From Escherichia coli (lineage in GTDB: Bacteria; Pseudomonadota; Gammaproteobacteria; Enterobacterales; Enterobacteriaceae), in the NCBI RefSeq assembly GCF_013315695.1, contig NZ_CP054353.1: DNA of 64,000 nucleotides. One strand, written 5' to 3'. Positions within the stretch are counted from its first letter, which is position 1; the number at the start of each line of letters is the position of its first letter. The translations under genes were made by a program, and so were the position numbers. Positions 1 to 12,304 of the stretch are shown in pieces. The notes below the pieces were generated by a model. That model ran no database searches. It was not told the DNA's origin and saw nothing but the letters and a program-made list of their open reading frames with translations.

Positions 1-843
1 TTGCATCCGATTACGCGCGGCGTATCGAAGCAACTGTTGCCGATTTACGATAAGCCAATGATTTACTATCCGCTGTCGGTGCTGATGCTGGCCGGTATCC
101 GCGAAATTCTCATCATTACTACGCCGGAAGATAAAGGTTATTTCCAGCGCCTGCTGGGTGACGGCAGTGAGTTCGGTATCCAGCTGGAATATGCCGAACA
201 GCCCAGTCCGGACGGTCTGGCGCAGGCCTTTATCATCGGTGAAACCTTCCTCAACGGTGAACCTTCTTGTCTGGTGCTGGGCGATAACATTTTCTTCGGT
301 CAGGGCTTCAGTCCGAAGCTGCGTCATGTTGCGGCGCGCACGGAAGGGGCGACGGTATTTGGCTATCAGGTAATGGATCCGGAACGCTTTGGCGTCGTGG
401 AGTTTGACGACAATTTCCGTGCGATCTCGCTGGAAGAAAAGCCAAAACAACCGAAATCAAACTGGGCGGTGACCGGGCTTTATTTCTACGACAGTAAAGT
501 CGTGGAGTACGCAAAGCAGGTGACGCCGTCGGAGCGTGGTGAACTGGAGATTACCTCCATCAACCAGATGTACCTCGAGGCGGGTAACCTGACCGTTGAA
601 CTGCTCGGGCGCGGATTTGCCTGGCTGGACACCGGTACTCACGACAGCCTGATTGAAGCCAGTACCTTTGTACAGACGGTAGAAAAACGCCAGGGCTTTA
701 AGATTGCCTGCCTGGAAGAGATCGCCTGGCGTAACGGCTGGCTCGATGACGAGGGTGTGAAGCGTGCTGCCAGTTCATTAGCGAAAACTGGCTACGGCCA
801 ATATCTGCTGGAGTTACTTCGTGCCCGTCCGCGCCAGTATTGA
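1..843 (+). CDS. rffH: glucose-1-phosphate thymidylyltransferase (5' end lies outside window)
   Basis: ORF runs from window edge; translation [24 protein letters not shown]... is RmlA/RffH nucleotidyltransferase family; first gene of the ECA cluster. Confidence 0.9.
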   Translation: MHPITRGVSKQLLPIYDKPMIYYPLSVLMLAGIREILIITTPEDKGYFQRLLGDGSEFGIQLEYAEQPSPDGLAQAFIIGETFLNGEPSCLVLGDNIFFGQGFSPKLRHVAARTEGATVFGYQVMDPERFGVVEFDDNFRAISLEEKPKQPKSNWAVTGLYFYDSKVVEYAKQVTPSERGELEITSINQMYLEAGNLTVELLGRGFAWLDTGTHDSLIEASTFVQTVEKRQGFKIACLEEIAWRNGWLDDEGVKRAASSLAKTGYGQYLLELLRARPRQY

Positions 844-1495
844 GCCACTAACCTGGGAAAACGCCTTCTTTGGTGTTAACAGCGCCATTGTGCGTATTAG
901 TCCTGACGCGGCACTCCTGACGCCAGACGCCTTAGCGCCGTGGTCACGGGTGCAGGCCAAAATTGCGGCATCAAATACGGGTGAACTGGATGCCCTGCAA
1001 CAGCTGGGATTCTCCCTGGTAGAAGGTGAAGTTGATTTGGCACTACCCGTGAACAATGTCAGTGATAGTGGTGCAGTAGTGGCACAAGAGACCGATATTC
1101 CCGCATTACGTCAGTTAGCCAGCGCCGCATTTGCGCAAAGCCGTTTTCGTGCGCCGTGGTATGCGCCTGACGCCAGCGGTCGCTTTTATGCACAGTGGAT
1201 TGAAAATGCCGTGCGCGGCACCTTTGATCATCAATGTCTGATTTTACGTGCGGCGTCCGGCGATATTCGCGGTTATGTCTCTTTACGGGAACTCAATGCG
1301 ACAGATGCGCGAATTGGCCTGCTGGCTGGACGCGGTGCAGGTGCTGAGCTAATGCAAACGGCGCTAAACTGGGCGTATGCTCGCGGTAAAACAACTTTGC
1401 GGGTGGCGACCCAGATGGGCAACACCGCCGCGCTTAAACGATACATACAAAGTGGTGCGAATGTAGAAAGCACCGCGTACTGGTTATACAGGTGA
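821..1495 (+). CDS. wecD: dTDP-fucosamine acetyltransferase
   Basis: 224-codon ORF overlapping rffH 3' end, position and size as in rff cluster; true start may be internal. Confidence 0.8.
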   Translation: MPVRASIEPLTWENAFFGVNSAIVRISPDAALLTPDALAPWSRVQAKIAASNTGELDALQQLGFSLVEGEVDLALPVNNVSDSGAVVAQETDIPALRQLASAAFAQSRFRAPWYAPDASGRFYAQWIENAVRGTFDHQCLILRAASGDIRGYVSLRELNATDARIGLLAGRGAGAELMQTALNWAYARGKTTLRVATQMGNTAALKRYIQSGANVESTAYWLYR

Positions 1496-1499
1496 TCAC

Positions 1500-2630
1500 A
1501 TGATTCCATTTAACGCACCGCCGGTGGTGGGAACCGAGCTCGACTATATGCAGTCGGCAATGGGTAGCGGCAAACTGTGCGGCGATGGTGGTTTTACCCG
1601 TCGCTGCCAGCAGTGGCTGGAGCAACGTTTTGGCAGCGCCAAAGTGTTACTGACGCCATCCTGCACCGCTTCGCTGGAGATGGCGGCGCTGCTGCTCGAT
1701 ATCCAGCCTGGCGATGAAGTGATCATGCCGAGCTACACCTTTGTCTCCACCGCCAATGCCTTTGTGCTGCGTGGCGCGAAAATCGTCTTTGTGGATGTTC
1801 GCCCGGACACCATGAACATCGACGAAACGCTGATTGAAGCGGCGATCACCGACAAAACGCGCGTTATCGTGCCGGTCCATTACGCGGGTGTGGCCTGCGA
1901 AATGGACACTATTATGGCGTTGGCGAAGAAGCATAATCTATTTGTGGTGGAAGATGCCGCTCAGGGCGTGATGTCCACTTACAAAGGGCGTGCGCTGGGA
2001 ACCATTGGTCATATTGGCTGCTTTAGCTTCCATGAAACCAAAAACTACACGGCGGGTGGTGAAGGCGGCGCGACGCTGATTAACGATAAAGCGTTGATCG
2101 AACGAGCCGAGATCATCCGTGAAAAAGGCACAAACCGCAGCCAGTTCTTCCGTGGTCAGGTCGATAAATATACCTGGCGCGATATTGGCTCCAGCTATTT
2201 GATGTCCGATCTGCAAGCAGCGTACCTTTGGGCGCAACTGGAAGCCGCTGAACGTATCAATCAGCAGCGTCTGGCGCTGTGGCAAAACTACTACGATGCA
2301 CTGGCGCCTCTGGCAAAAAATGGGCGTATCGAGCTGCCGTCGATTCCCGATGGCTGCGTGCAGAACGCGCATATGTTCTACATTAAACTGCGGGATATTG
2401 ATGACCGGAGCGCGTTGATTAACTTTCTGAAAGAAGCGGAAATCATGGCGGTGTTCCATTACATTCCGCTGCACGGTTGCCCTGCGGGGGAGCGCTTTGG
2501 TGAGTTCCACGGTGAAGATCGCTACACCACCAAAGAGAGCGAGCGCCTGCTGCGCCTGCCGTTGTTCTACAACCTGTCGCCCGTCAATCAGCGTACGGTA
2601 ATTGCGACCTTGTTGAACTACTTCTCCTGA
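1500..2630 (+). CDS. wecE: dTDP-4-amino-4,6-dideoxygalactose transaminase (DegT/aminotransferase family)
   Basis: 376 aa; aminotransferase motifs; position in ECA cluster. Confidence 0.9.
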   Translation: MIPFNAPPVVGTELDYMQSAMGSGKLCGDGGFTRRCQQWLEQRFGSAKVLLTPSCTASLEMAALLLDIQPGDEVIMPSYTFVSTANAFVLRGAKIVFVDVRPDTMNIDETLIEAAITDKTRVIVPVHYAGVACEMDTIMALAKKHNLFVVEDAAQGVMSTYKGRALGTIGHIGCFSFHETKNYTAGGEGGATLINDKALIERAEIIREKGTNRSQFFRGQVDKYTWRDIGSSYLMSDLQAAYLWAQLEAAERINQQRLALWQNYYDALAPLAKNGRIELPSIPDGCVQNAHMFYIKLRDIDDRSALINFLKEAEIMAVFHYIPLHGCPAGERFGEFHGEDRYTTKESERLLRLPLFYNLSPVNQRTVIATLLNYFS

Positions 2631-2631
2631 T

Positions 2632-3882
2632 ATGTCGTTGGCAAAAGCGTCCTTGTGGACGGCGGCCAGTACACTGGTCAAGATTGGTGCCGGGTTACTG
2701 GTCGGTAAGTTGCTGGCAGTGTCATTTGGTCCGGCGGGGCTTGGGCTGGCGGCAAATTTCCGCCAGTTGATTACCGTGCTCGGCGTGCTTGCCGGGGCAG
2801 GCATCTTTAACGGCGTAACCAAATACGTTGCCCAGTACCATGATAATCCCCAACAATTGCGCCGCGTGGTCGGCACTTCATCAGCGATGGTACTTGGCTT
2901 CTCTATGCTAATGGCGCTGGTTTTTGTGCTGGCAGCTGCGCCAATCAGCCAGGGATTGTTCGGTAATACCGACTATCAGGGGCTGGTGCGTTTAGTGGCG
3001 TTGGTGCAAATGGGGATCGCCTGGGGCAACCTGTTACTGGCGTTGATGAAAGGCTTTCGCGATGCCGCAGGTAATGCGTTATCCCTGATTGTTGGCAGCT
3101 TGATTGGCGTTCTTGCGTACTACGTCAGTTACCGTTTGGGCGATTATGAAGGAGCGTTGCTGGGGCTGGCGTTGATTCCCGCGCTGGTGGTGATTCCTGC
3201 CGCCGTCATGCTAATTAAGCGTGGTGCAATCCCGTTAAGCTATCTGAAACCCAGCTGGGATAACGGCCTGGCAGGGCAGTTGAGCAAATTTACGCTCATG
3301 GCGTTGATTACGTCGGTAACCTTGCCCGTTGCTTACATCATGATGCGTAAACTGCTGGCGGCGCAGTATAGCTGGGATGAAGTGGGGATCTGGCAAGGGG
3401 TGAGCAGTATTTCCGATGCCTACCTGCAATTTATTACGGCATCGTTCAGCGTATATTTGCTGCCCACGTTGTCGCGGCTAACGGAAAAGCGCGATATCAC
3501 CCGGGAAGTGGTTAAATCGCTGAAATTCGTCTTACCGGCAGTGGCGGCGGCGAGTTTTACCGTCTGGTTGCTGCGTGATTTTGCTATCTGGCTGCTGTTG
3601 TCGAATAAATTTACCGCTATGCGCGATCTCTTTGCCTGGCAGTTAGTGGGTGATGTGTTAAAAGTGGGCGCTTATGTCTTTGGTTATCTGGTGATCGCCA
3701 AAGCGTCACTGCGGTTTTATATTCTGGCGGAAATCAGCCAGTTCACTTTATTGATGGTATTTGCCCACTGGCTAATCCCTGCGCATGGCGCACTGGGCGC
3801 AGCACAGGCCTATATGGCAACCTATATCGTCTATTTTTCTCTTTGTTGTGGCGTGTTTTTACTCTGGCGTAGGCGGGCATGA
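2632..3882 (+). CDS. wzxE: ECA lipid III flippase (polytopic membrane protein)
   Basis: 416 aa, highly hydrophobic multi-TM ORF 2 bp after wecE. Confidence 0.9.
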   Translation: MSLAKASLWTAASTLVKIGAGLLVGKLLAVSFGPAGLGLAANFRQLITVLGVLAGAGIFNGVTKYVAQYHDNPQQLRRVVGTSSAMVLGFSMLMALVFVLAAAPISQGLFGNTDYQGLVRLVALVQMGIAWGNLLLALMKGFRDAAGNALSLIVGSLIGVLAYYVSYRLGDYEGALLGLALIPALVVIPAAVMLIKRGAIPLSYLKPSWDNGLAGQLSKFTLMALITSVTLPVAYIMMRKLLAAQYSWDEVGIWQGVSSISDAYLQFITASFSVYLLPTLSRLTEKRDITREVVKSLKFVLPAVAAASFTVWLLRDFAIWLLLSNKFTAMRDLFAWQLVGDVLKVGAYVFGYLVIAKASLRFYILAEISQFTLLMVFAHWLIPAHGALGAAQAYMATYIVYFSLCCGVFLLWRRRA

Positions 3883-4958
3883 CTGTACTGATTCACGTAC
3901 TGGGATCGGATATCCCTCACCATAACCGAACCGTTCTGCGGTTTTTCAACGACGCGCTGGCCGCGACGAGCGAGCACGCGCGCGAGTTTATGGTTGTTGG
4001 CAAGGACGACGGCTTAAGTGATAGCTGTCCGGCGCTTTCTGTGCAATTTTTCCCTGGGAAAAAATCGCTGGCGGAAGCGGTCATCGCGAAAGCAAAAGCT
4101 AACCGTCAGCAGCGATTTTTTTTCCACGGTCAGTTCAATCCCACACTGTGGCTGGCTCTGCTGAGTGGTGGCATTAAGCCCAGCCAGTTTTACTGGCATA
4201 TCTGGGGGGCAGACCTGTACGAACTTTCCAGTGGCTTGAGATATAAGCTTTTTTACCCGCTACGTCGCCTGGCGCAAAAGCGAGTCGGCTGTGTATTTGC
4301 CACCCGCGGCGATTTGAGCTTTTTTGCCAAAACGCACCCAAAGGTGCGGGGCGAACTGCTGTACTTCCCGACGCGGATGGACCCTTCTCTCAATACGATG
4401 GCGAACGATCGGCAACGTGAAGGGAAAATGACCATTCTGGTGGGCAACTCCGGCGACCGCAGTAATGAGCATATTGCTGCCTTGCGCGCCGTTCATCAGC
4501 AATTTGGCGATACGGTAAAAGTGGTGGTGCCGATGGGATATCCGCCTAATAACGAAGCGTACATCGAGGAAGTTCGTCAGGCGGGGCTGGAGTTATTCAG
4601 CGAAGAAAATCTACAAATTCTGAACGAAAAACTGGAATTTGACGCCTATCTGGCACTACTTCGCCAGTGCGATCTCGGCTACTTTATTTTTGCCCGCCAG
4701 CAGGGCATTGGTACGCTGTGCTTGCTGATTCAGGCGGGCATTCCTTGTGTGCTTAACCGGGAAAATCCGTTCTGGCAGGATATGACAGAGCAACATTTGC
4801 CGGTGCTGTTTACCACAGACGATCTCAACGAAGATATTGTGCGTGAAGCGCAGCGCCAGTTGGCTTCGGTGGATAAAAACACTATTGCCTTCTTTAGCCC
4901 TAACTATCTACAAGGCTGGCAGCGGGCGTTGGCGATTGCCGCCGGGGAGGTCGCATGA
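3879..4958 (+). CDS. wecF: TDP-Fuc4NAc:lipid II Fuc4NAc transferase
   Basis: 359 aa; 4-bp start/stop overlap with wzxE; gene order. Confidence 0.9.
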
Positions 4959-6307
4959 GTCTGCTGCAATTCAGTGGCCTGTTTGTTGTCTGGCTGCTCT
5001 GCACGCTGTTTATTGCCACGCTGACCTGGTTTGAGTTTCGCCGTGTGCGCTTTAACTTCAATGTCTTCTTTTCATTGCTGTTTTTGCTCACCTTTTTCTT
5101 CGGCTTTCCGCTGACCAGCGTGCTGGTATTTCGCTTTGATGTTGGTGTCGCGCCGCCAGAAATCTTGTTGCAGGCGTTGCTTTCTGCAGGCTGCTTCTAC
5201 GCGGTTTACTACGTCACCTACAAAACCCGCCTACGCAAACGCGTTGCTGATGTACCGCGCCGTCCGCTGTTTACCATGAACCGCGTGGAAACCAATCTCA
5301 CGTGGGTGATCCTGATGGGCATCGCGCTGGTAAGCGTCGGCATCTTCTTCATGCACAACGGCTTTTTGCTGTTCCGGCTTAATTCTTACAGTCAGATCTT
5401 TTCCAGCGAAGTCTCCGGCGTGGCATTAAAACGCTTCTTTTACTTTTTCATCCCGGCGATGCTGGTGGTTTATTTTCTGCGCCAGGACAGTAAAGCGTGG
5501 CTGTTTTTCCTCGTCAGCACGGTCGCCTTTGGCTTGCTGACTTATATGATTGTCGGCGGCACTCGCGCCAATATCATCATCGCATTCGCTATCTTCCTGT
5601 TTATTGGCATTATTCGCGGCTGGATTTCGTTGTGGATGCTGGCGGCGGCGGGTGTGCTGGGGATTGTGGGCATGTTCTGGCTGGCGTTAAAACGCTATGG
5701 AATGAATGTGAGCGGCGATGAAGCGTTCTATACGTTTCTCTATCTCACCCGCGATACCTTTTCGCCGTGGGAGAATCTGGCATTGCTGCTGCAGAACTAC
5801 GACAACATCGACTTCCAGGGCCTGGCTCCCATTGTCCGCGATTTCTATGTCTTTATCCCTTCCTGGCTGTGGCCGGGTCGCCCGAGTATGGTACTGAACT
5901 CCGCCAACTACTTTACCTGGGAAGTGCTGAATAACCACTCCGGACTGGCGATCTCGCCTACGCTTATAGGCTCACTGGTGGTGATGGGCGGCGCGTTGTT
6001 CATCCCGCTCGGGGCGATTGTTGTTGGACTGATCATCAAATGGTTCGACTGGCTGTATGAGCTGGGCAACCGCGAGACTAATCGCTATAAGGCTGCGATA
6101 TTGCACAGTTTCTGCTTCGGGGCGATCTTCAATATGATCGTGCTGGCGCGTGAAGGGCTGGATTCGTTTGTCTCACGCGTGGTCTTTTTTATCGTGGTCT
6201 TCGGCGCATGTCTGATGATCGCAAAACTGTTGTACTGGCTTTTTGAAAGCGCCGGACTCATTCATAAACGTACAAAATCATCGCTCCGGACGCAGGTTGA
6301 AGGATAA
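4955..6307 (+). CDS. wzyE: ECA polymerase (polytopic membrane protein)
   Basis: 450 aa hydrophobic ORF, 4-bp overlap with wecF. Confidence 0.9.
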
Positions 6308-6309
6308 CA

Positions 6310-7050
6310 ATGAATAACAACACCACGGCACCGACCTATACGCTGCGTGGCTTACAGTTGATTGGTTGGCGTGATATGCAGCACGCCCTCGATTATCTGT
6401 TTGCTGACGGGCAGCTTAAGCAGGGAACGCTGGTTGCCATTAATGCCGAAAAAATGCTGACCATTGAAGATAATGCTGAGGTCAGGGAGCTAATTAACGC
6501 TGCCGAATTTAAATATGCGGATGGCATCAGCGTTGTACGTTCAGTACGTAAAAAGTACCCGCAGGCGCAGGTTTCCCGCGTTGCCGGTGCCGATCTCTGG
6601 GAAGAGCTGATGGCGCGCGCAGGCAAAGAAGGGACGCCGGTATTTCTTGTGGGCGGTAAACCTGAAGTGCTGGCGCAAACTGAAGCTAAACTGCGCAACC
6701 AGTGGAATGTGAATATCGTTGGCAGTCAGGATGGTTATTTTAAACCCGAGCAGCGTCAGGCGCTGTTTGAACGCATTCATGCCAGCGGAGCGCAAATCGT
6801 CACCGTTGCGATGGGATCGCCAAAGCAGGAGATCTTCATGCGCGACTGCCGTCTGGTGCATCCGGATGCGCTGTATATGGGCGTTGGCGGGACTTACGAT
6901 GTTTTCACCGGTCACGTAAAACGTGCACCGAAAATCTGGCAAACGCTGGGACTGGAGTGGCTCTACCGCCTGCTTTCGCAGCCGAGCCGCATTAAGCGTC
7001 AGCTTCGTTTGCTGCGTTATTTACGCTGGCACTACACCGGCAACCTCTGA
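6310..7050 (+). CDS. wecG: UDP-ManNAcA:lipid I transferase (WecB/TagA/CpsF family)
   Basis: 246 aa; last gene of the ECA cluster. Confidence 0.9.
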
Positions 7051-7068
7051 TTTTCCTCTCTTTGTAAA

Positions 7069-7106
7069 GCGACGGAGTGGTCACTTCGTCGCCTTCCTGC
7101 TTTTTT
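7069..7106 (+). terminator. putative intrinsic terminator of the rff operon
   Basis: imperfect GC-rich inverted repeat GCGACGGAGTG/CACTTCGTCGC followed by a T-run TTTTTT ~20 nt after wecG stop. Confidence 0.5.
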
Positions 7107-7240
7107 ATTACACAAAGCATTCAAATTTTTAATGCTTTATTTGCCATTTCTCCTGAATTACGAAAACATTCGCAACACTCGATGTACCCATAACGATAAC
7201 CGGTAACACCGGAAAGCATGCAAACACAACACGAGGATTT

Positions 7241-8626
7241 ATGGCAGATAACAAACCAGAGCTACAGCGTGGGCTGGAAGCTCGACATATCGAACTCATC
7301 GCCCTGGGGGGCACCATTGGCGTCGGCCTGTTTATGGGGGCCGCCAGTACCCTGAAATGGGCCGGGCCATCTGTATTGTTGGCCTATATCATCGCCGGGC
7401 TGTTCGTCTTTTTCATCATGCGTTCAATGGGCGAAATGTTGTTCCTCGAACCGGTTACCGGTTCGTTCGCCGTTTACGCGCATCGTTATATGAGCCCGTT
7501 CTTTGGTTATCTCACCGCCTGGTCTTACTGGTTTATGTGGATGGCGGTGGGGATCTCAGAAATCACCGCCATTGGCGTTTATGTCCAGTTCTGGTTCCCG
7601 GAGATGGCGCAGTGGATACCCGCATTGATCGCAGTGGCGCTGGTGGCGTTGGCGAATCTGGCGGCGGTGAGATTGTACGGCGAAATCGAGTTCTGGTTCG
7701 CGATGATCAAAGTCACCACGATTATCGTGATGATTGTCATTGGCCTGGGCGTGATTTTCTTTGGCTTTGGCAATGGCGGGCAGTCGATTGGTTTTAGCAA
7801 TCTCACAGAGCATGGCGGTTTCTTTGCTGGTGGCTGGAAAGGGTTCCTGACCGCGCTGTGTATTGTGGTGGCGTCCTACCAGGGCGTGGAGCTGATTGGC
7901 ATTACTGCCGGTGAAGCGAAGAATCCGCAGGTGACGCTGCGCAGTGCCGTAGGCAAGGTGCTGTGGCGAATCCTGATTTTCTACGTAGGCGCGATTTTCG
8001 TTATCGTCACCATCTTCCCGTGGAATGAAATAGGCAGCAACGGCAGCCCGTTCGTACTGACTTTCGCCAAAATCGGCATTACCGCAGCGGCGGGTATTAT
8101 CAACTTTGTGGTGCTGACGGCTGCGCTCTCTGGCTGTAACAGCGGCATGTACAGTTGCGGACGTATGCTCTACGCACTGGCGAAAAACCGTCAGTTACCG
8201 GCGGCAATGGCGAAAGTTTCCCGTCACGGCGTACCGGTTGCGGGTGTGGCAGTATCTATTGCTATTCTGCTAATTGGCTCATGCCTGAACTACATCATTC
8301 CCAATCCGCAGCGTGTGTTTGTCTACGTCTACAGTGCCAGCGTGCTTCCGGGGATGGTGCCATGGTTTGTGATATTGATTAGCCAGTTGCGTTTTCGTCG
8401 TGCGCATAAAGCGGCAATTGCCAGCCATCCGTTCCGCTCAATCCTGTTCCCGTGGGCCAACTACGTAACAATGGCATTCCTGATTTGCGTTTTGATCGGC
8501 ATGTACTTTAATGAAGATACGCGTATGTCGCTGTTTGTCGGCATCATCTTTATGCTGACGGTGACGGCGATTTATAAAGTTTTTGGGCTTAATCGCCACG
8601 GTAAAGCGCATAAACTGGAGGAATAA
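7241..8626 (+). CDS. yifK: amino-acid permease (APC family)
   Basis: 461 aa polytopic ORF with APC permease signatures. Confidence 0.9.
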   Translation: MADNKPELQRGLEARHIELIALGGTIGVGLFMGAASTLKWAGPSVLLAYIIAGLFVFFIMRSMGEMLFLEPVTGSFAVYAHRYMSPFFGYLTAWSYWFMWMAVGISEITAIGVYVQFWFPEMAQWIPALIAVALVALANLAAVRLYGEIEFWFAMIKVTTIIVMIVIGLGVIFFGFGNGGQSIGFSNLTEHGGFFAGGWKGFLTALCIVVASYQGVELIGITAGEAKNPQVTLRSAVGKVLWRILIFYVGAIFVIVTIFPWNEIGSNGSPFVLTFAKIGITAAAGIINFVVLTAALSGCNSGMYSCGRMLYALAKNRQLPAAMAKVSRHGVPVAGVAVSIAILLIGSCLNYIIPNPQRVFVYVYSASVLPGMVPWFVILISQLRFRRAHKAAIASHPFRSILFPWANYVTMAFLICVLIGMYFNEDTRMSLFVGIIFMLTVTAIYKVFGLNRHGKAHKLEE

Positions 8627-8678
8627 GCAGCAAAATGCACAAACCGTAACCAAACGCGCAATTTATTTAAAAAGGGAC

Positions 8679-8707
8679 TAGACAGAGGGGTGGGAAGTCC
8701 GTATTAT
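8679..8707 (+). promoter_or_regulatory. sigma70-type promoter of the tRNA operon
   Basis: TAGACA-17 bp-TATTAT followed by GC-rich discriminator CCACCCCC, upstream A/T-rich tract; ~20 nt before tRNA-Arg. Confidence 0.5.
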
Positions 8708-8728
8708 CCACCCCCGCAACGGCGCTAA

Positions 8729-8805
<77 letters not shown>

Positions 8806-8862
8806 TTTAGTCCCGGCGCTTGAGCTGCGGTGGTAGTAATACCGCGTAACAAGATTTGTAGT

Positions 8863-8939
8863 GGTGGCTATAGCTCAGTTGGTAGAGCCCTGGATTGTGA
8901 TTCCAGTTGTCGTGGGTTCGAATCCCATTAGCCACCCCA
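8863..8939 (+). tRNA. hisR: tRNA-His (anticodon GTG)
   Basis: GGTGGCTATAGCTCAGTTGG...GGTTCGAATCC...CCA with extra 5' G typical of tRNA-His. Confidence 0.9.
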
Positions 8940-8959
8940 TTATTAGAAGTTGTGACAAT

Positions 8960-9046
8960 GCGAGGGTGGCGGAATTGGTAGACGCGCTAGCTTCAGGTGT
9001 TAGTGTCCTTACGGACGTGGGGGTTCAAGTCCCCCCCCTCGCACCA
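8960..9046 (+). tRNA. leuT: tRNA-Leu (anticodon CAG), long variable arm
   Basis: 87-nt GCGAGGGTGGCGGAATTGGTAGAC...GTTCAAGTCC...CACCA. Confidence 0.9.
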
Positions 9047-9088
9047 CGACTTTAAAGAATTGAACTAAAAATTCAAAAAGCAGTATTT

Positions 9089-9165
9089 CGGCGAGTAGCG
9101 CAGCTTGGTAGCGCAACTGGTTTGGGACCAGTGGGTCGGAGGTTCGAATCCTCTCTCGCCGACCA
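9089..9165 (+). tRNA. proM: tRNA-Pro (anticodon TGG)
   Basis: CGGCGAGTAGCGCAGCTTGGTAGCGCAACTGGTTTGGGACCAGTGGGTCGGAGGTTCGAATCC...GACCA. Confidence 0.9.
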
Positions 9166-9173
9166 ATTTTGAA

Positions 9174-9200
9174 CCCCGCTTCGGCGGGGTTTTTTGTTTT
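9174..9200 (+). terminator. intrinsic terminator of tRNA operon
   Basis: CCCCGC-TTCG-GCGGGG hairpin followed by TTTTTTGTTTT. Confidence 0.8.
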
Positions 9201-9311
9201 CTGTGCATTTCGTCACTTTCCCTTCGCAATAAACGCCCGTAATAACGCATTGCGCCACGGTATGATTTCGCCCTTAACTTATTGAAGGATGACTTCAGGC
9301 AAGGAGCGACC

Positions 9312-10547
9312 ATGCTGCAACAGGTTCCAACGCGTGCTTTTCATGTGATGGCGAAACCGAGCGGTTCCGATTGTAATCTGAACTGTGACTACTGTTTTTA
9401 TCTCGAAAAACAATCCCTTTACCGCGAAAAGCCAGTCACGCATATGGACGATGACACGCTGGAAGCGTATGTCCGTCACTATATCGCTGCCAGCGAAACC
9501 CAAAACGAAGTGGCTTTTACCTGGCAGGGCGGCGAACCAACGTTACTCGGGCTGGATTTTTACCGCCGTGCCGTGGCGCTACAGGCGAAATATGGTGCTG
9601 ACAGGAAGATAAGTAACAGCTTCCAGACTAATGGCGTGCTGCTTGATGACGAATGGTGTGCATTTCTGGCAGAAAATCATTTTCTTGTTGGGTTATCGCT
9701 GGATGGTCCGGCTGAGATCCACAATCAATATCGCGTGACCAAAGGCGGCAGACCAACGCATAAGCTGGTGATGCGTGCCCTGACGCTCCTGCAAAAACAT
9801 CATGTCGACTATAACGTGCTGGTCTGCGTAAATCGCACCAGTGCGTTACAACCTTTGCAAATCTATGATTTTCTGTGTGATGCAGGTGTTGAGTTCATCC
9901 AGTTTATTCCTGTGGTCGAGCGCCTGGCTGATGAAACGGCTGCTCATGCTGGACTTAAGCTACATGCTCCCGGCGATATTCAGGGCGAACTGACGGAATG
10001 GTCGGTGTGCCCGCAAGAGTTCGGTGAGTTTCTGGTGGCGATTTTCGACCACTGGATTAGGCGCGACGTCGGTAAGATTTTCGTAATGAATATCGAATGG
10101 GCGTTCGCCAATTTTGTCGGCGCACCGGGCGCGGTTTGCCATCATCAGCCAACCTGTGGGCGCTCGGTGATTGTTGAGCACAACGGTGACGTTTACGCCT
10201 GCGATCACTATGTTTATCCGCAATATCGGCTGGGGAATATGCACCAGCAAACAATCGCAGAAATGGTAGATTCCCCGCAACAGCAGGCGTTTGGTGAAGA
10301 TAAATTTAAGCAGTTACCGGCGCAGTGTCGCAGTTGTAACGTGCTAAAAGCATGTTGGGGAGGCTGCCCGAAACACCGCTTTATGCTCGATGCCAGCGGC
10401 AAACCGGGGCTGAATTATTTGTGTGCCGGGTATCAGCGTTATTTCCGCCATCTACCGCCATATCTTAAAGCAATGGTTGATCTGCTGGCGCACGGTCGTC
10501 CGGCCAGCGACATTATGCAGGCGCATTTGCTGGTGGTGAAGAAGTAA
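9312..10547 (+). CDS. aslB: anaerobic sulfatase-maturating enzyme homolog (radical SAM, SPASM domain)
   Basis: CxxxCxxC motif (CNLNCDYCFY) near N-terminus, Cys-rich C-terminus; AAGGAG RBS before ATG at 9312. Confidence 0.85.
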   Translation: MLQQVPTRAFHVMAKPSGSDCNLNCDYCFYLEKQSLYREKPVTHMDDDTLEAYVRHYIAASETQNEVAFTWQGGEPTLLGLDFYRRAVALQAKYGADRKISNSFQTNGVLLDDEWCAFLAENHFLVGLSLDGPAEIHNQYRVTKGGRPTHKLVMRALTLLQKHHVDYNVLVCVNRTSALQPLQIYDFLCDAGVEFIQFIPVVERLADETAAHAGLKLHAPGDIQGELTEWSVCPQEFGEFLVAIFDHWIRRDVGKIFVMNIEWAFANFVGAPGAVCHHQPTCGRSVIVEHNGDVYACDHYVYPQYRLGNMHQQTIAEMVDSPQQQAFGEDKFKQLPAQCRSCNVLKACWGGCPKHRFMLDASGKPGLNYLCAGYQRYFRHLPPYLKAMVDLLAHGRPASDIMQAHLLVVKK

Positions 10548-10582
10548 AAAAGCGGCCATTTTGTTGCCGCCTGCGGTTGATT

Positions 10583-10613
10583 GCCGGATAAGGCGTTCAC
10601 GCCGCATCCGGCA
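10583..10613. repeat. REP (repetitive extragenic palindrome) element
   Basis: GCCGGATAAGGCGTTCACGCCGCATCCGGCA between convergent aslB and aslA. Confidence 0.6.
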
Positions 10614-10648
10614 AGGTCAGTGTGGCCCGATGTAGCGATAGCGCCGGC

Positions 10649-12304
10649 TTAATCAGATTTAATCTGCGCGCGCGGCGGATATTTTTTCAGGATCTCCATA
10701 TACGCGTGCATTTCGGTCTGTAGCGGTACACCCATTGGGATATGGCGCACGCCGATAGAGTCGCTTTCCTGCGGATCGGTGTACAGGTTAAACACCGACG
10801 ATCCCGCCGTTTGCATTACTGTGCCGGTGAATCCACCCTGATACCCGCTCTGGGTATACGCGTACGGTTGCTGGATCAGGACGTGATACTTGAACTCATC
10901 CATACGCACAGCAGAAAGTTTACCGTTGAGGAAGTAGTGCTCGGCCTTACGGTTAGACTGACCATTTGTTCCCAGGAAGAAAGATGTCTGGTCCACACCA
11001 TCGATAAAGGTGGTTTTCGGTACTAAATTCGCTACTTTCGCCCCAGGATGCCCCGCCAGATCCAGCGCCGTAGGGAAGAGATCCGCCAGATCGACAATGC
11101 CGTCAGATTTACGCGGTTGGATCATGCCTTTCCAGTAAACGAAGGTTGGCACACGAACGCCGCCTTCCCATGTAGAACCTTTCGCACCGCGGAACGGCGT
11201 GCGACCGTGCGGCGGTACTTCCGCTTCCGGTCCGTTATCGGAGGTAAAGACGATTAGCGTGTTATCCAACTGACCATTTTTCTCCAGTGCTTTATACAGA
11301 TTGGCGAAGATATCGTTCATCTCCACCATGCAGTCGCCGTAAGAGGTGCGCGCCGGAGAGCTACCCGCATATTTCGCATTTGGGTAGTTATCGAAGTGAC
11401 AGCCGCGAGTGCCGTAGTAGAGGAAGAAAGGCTTATCGCTCTTCGCCATCTTGTCGAGGAACTTAACGCCATATTCCATCCAGCGTTGATCCAGGTCTTC
11501 CATATATTTCGGCGTAATGTCGGCAATGGCTTCCTGTTCACCGCCGCGCACGGCATGAACGTCATCTTTGCTGAATGGCAGTTTTTGGATGTATTCAGAA
11601 CGATCCGGGCTCAGGGCGACTTCCGGGTTGACGTGAACATCACGCCATTCGGTATACATATCGGATACCGAGTTAAAGCCGCGGAAATCATCAAAGCCAA
11701 CGTTCTGCGGCTGCGACTCTTTGTTTTCCCCCATATGCCATTTCCCGATGGCCTGAGTGACGTAGCCCTGATCGTGCAGCAACTGCGGCAGAGTGGTTAA
11801 CCCTTGCAGACCGCCCGGTTGCCCGTACATTGGCGGCATCAGAATGCCGTGGTGGATGGAGTATTGTCCGGTAAGAATCGTGGCGCGGGTTGGGGAAGAA
11901 CTCGGTTGAGAATACGCCGAAGTTAAAATCAGCCCCTGGCTGGCAACGGCGTCGATATCTGGTGTAGGGTTACCCACCGCCACGCCGCCGCCGTTAAAGC
12001 CAACATCCATCCAGCCCACATCATCCAGCAAGAAAACAACCACGTTCGGTTTCTTACCGGTTTTTTTCTCAAGTTCTGCCAGCTTCTGCTGGGTTTCTTT
12101 GTCTTGTGCAGGATGCTGCATCACCGGCATCATGTTGTCGGCAATAGTGGTCGCCGGTTTAACCAGATACTGGTTTGGGTGATCGTATCCGGCAAAGCCT
12201 TTGCGTGCGGTGGCGGTTGACGGGGTATCTGCTGCGTTGGCCATGAGTGGAAGAGCGGCGGCGACAGCTACAACAAGAAGTTTGGGTGAAAACGAAAATT
12301 CCAT
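10649..12304 (-). CDS. aslA: arylsulfatase-like protein with signal peptide
   Basis: 551 aa; sulfatase family features, N-terminal signal sequence. Confidence 0.9.
   Translation of the reverse strand: MEFSFSPKLLVVAVAAALPLMANAADTPSTATARKGFAGYDHPNQYLVKPATTIADNMMPVMQHPAQDKETQQKLAELEKKTGKKPNVVVFLLDDVGWMDVGFNGGGVAVGNPTPDIDAVASQGLILTSAYSQPSSSPTRATILTGQYSIHHGILMPPMYGQPGGLQGLTTLPQLLHDQGYVTQAIGKWHMGENKESQPQNVGFDDFRGFNSVSDMYTEWRDVHVNPEVALSPDRSEYIQKLPFSKDDVHAVRGGEQEAIADITPKYMEDLDQRWMEYGVKFLDKMAKSDKPFFLYYGTRGCHFDNYPNAKYAGSSPARTSYGDCMVEMNDIFANLYKALEKNGQLDNTLIVFTSDNGPEAEVPPHGRTPFRGAKGSTWEGGVRVPTFVYWKGMIQPRKSDGIVDLADLFPTALDLAGHPGAKVANLVPKTTFIDGVDQTSFFLGTNGQSNRKAEHYFLNGKLSAVRMDEFKYHVLIQQPYAYTQSGYQGGFTGTVMQTAGSSVFNLYTDPQESDSIGVRHIPMGVPLQTEMHAYMEILKKYPPRAQIKSD

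Noticed and set aside
1938-2876. 312-codon minus-strand ORF antisense to wecE/wzxE
   Set aside because: Lies entirely within well-supported plus-strand genes; typical shadow ORF of GC-rich coding sequence.
9065-9313. 82-codon minus-strand ORF overlapping tRNA-Pro and its terminator
   Set aside because: Overlaps a tRNA gene and terminator; spurious.
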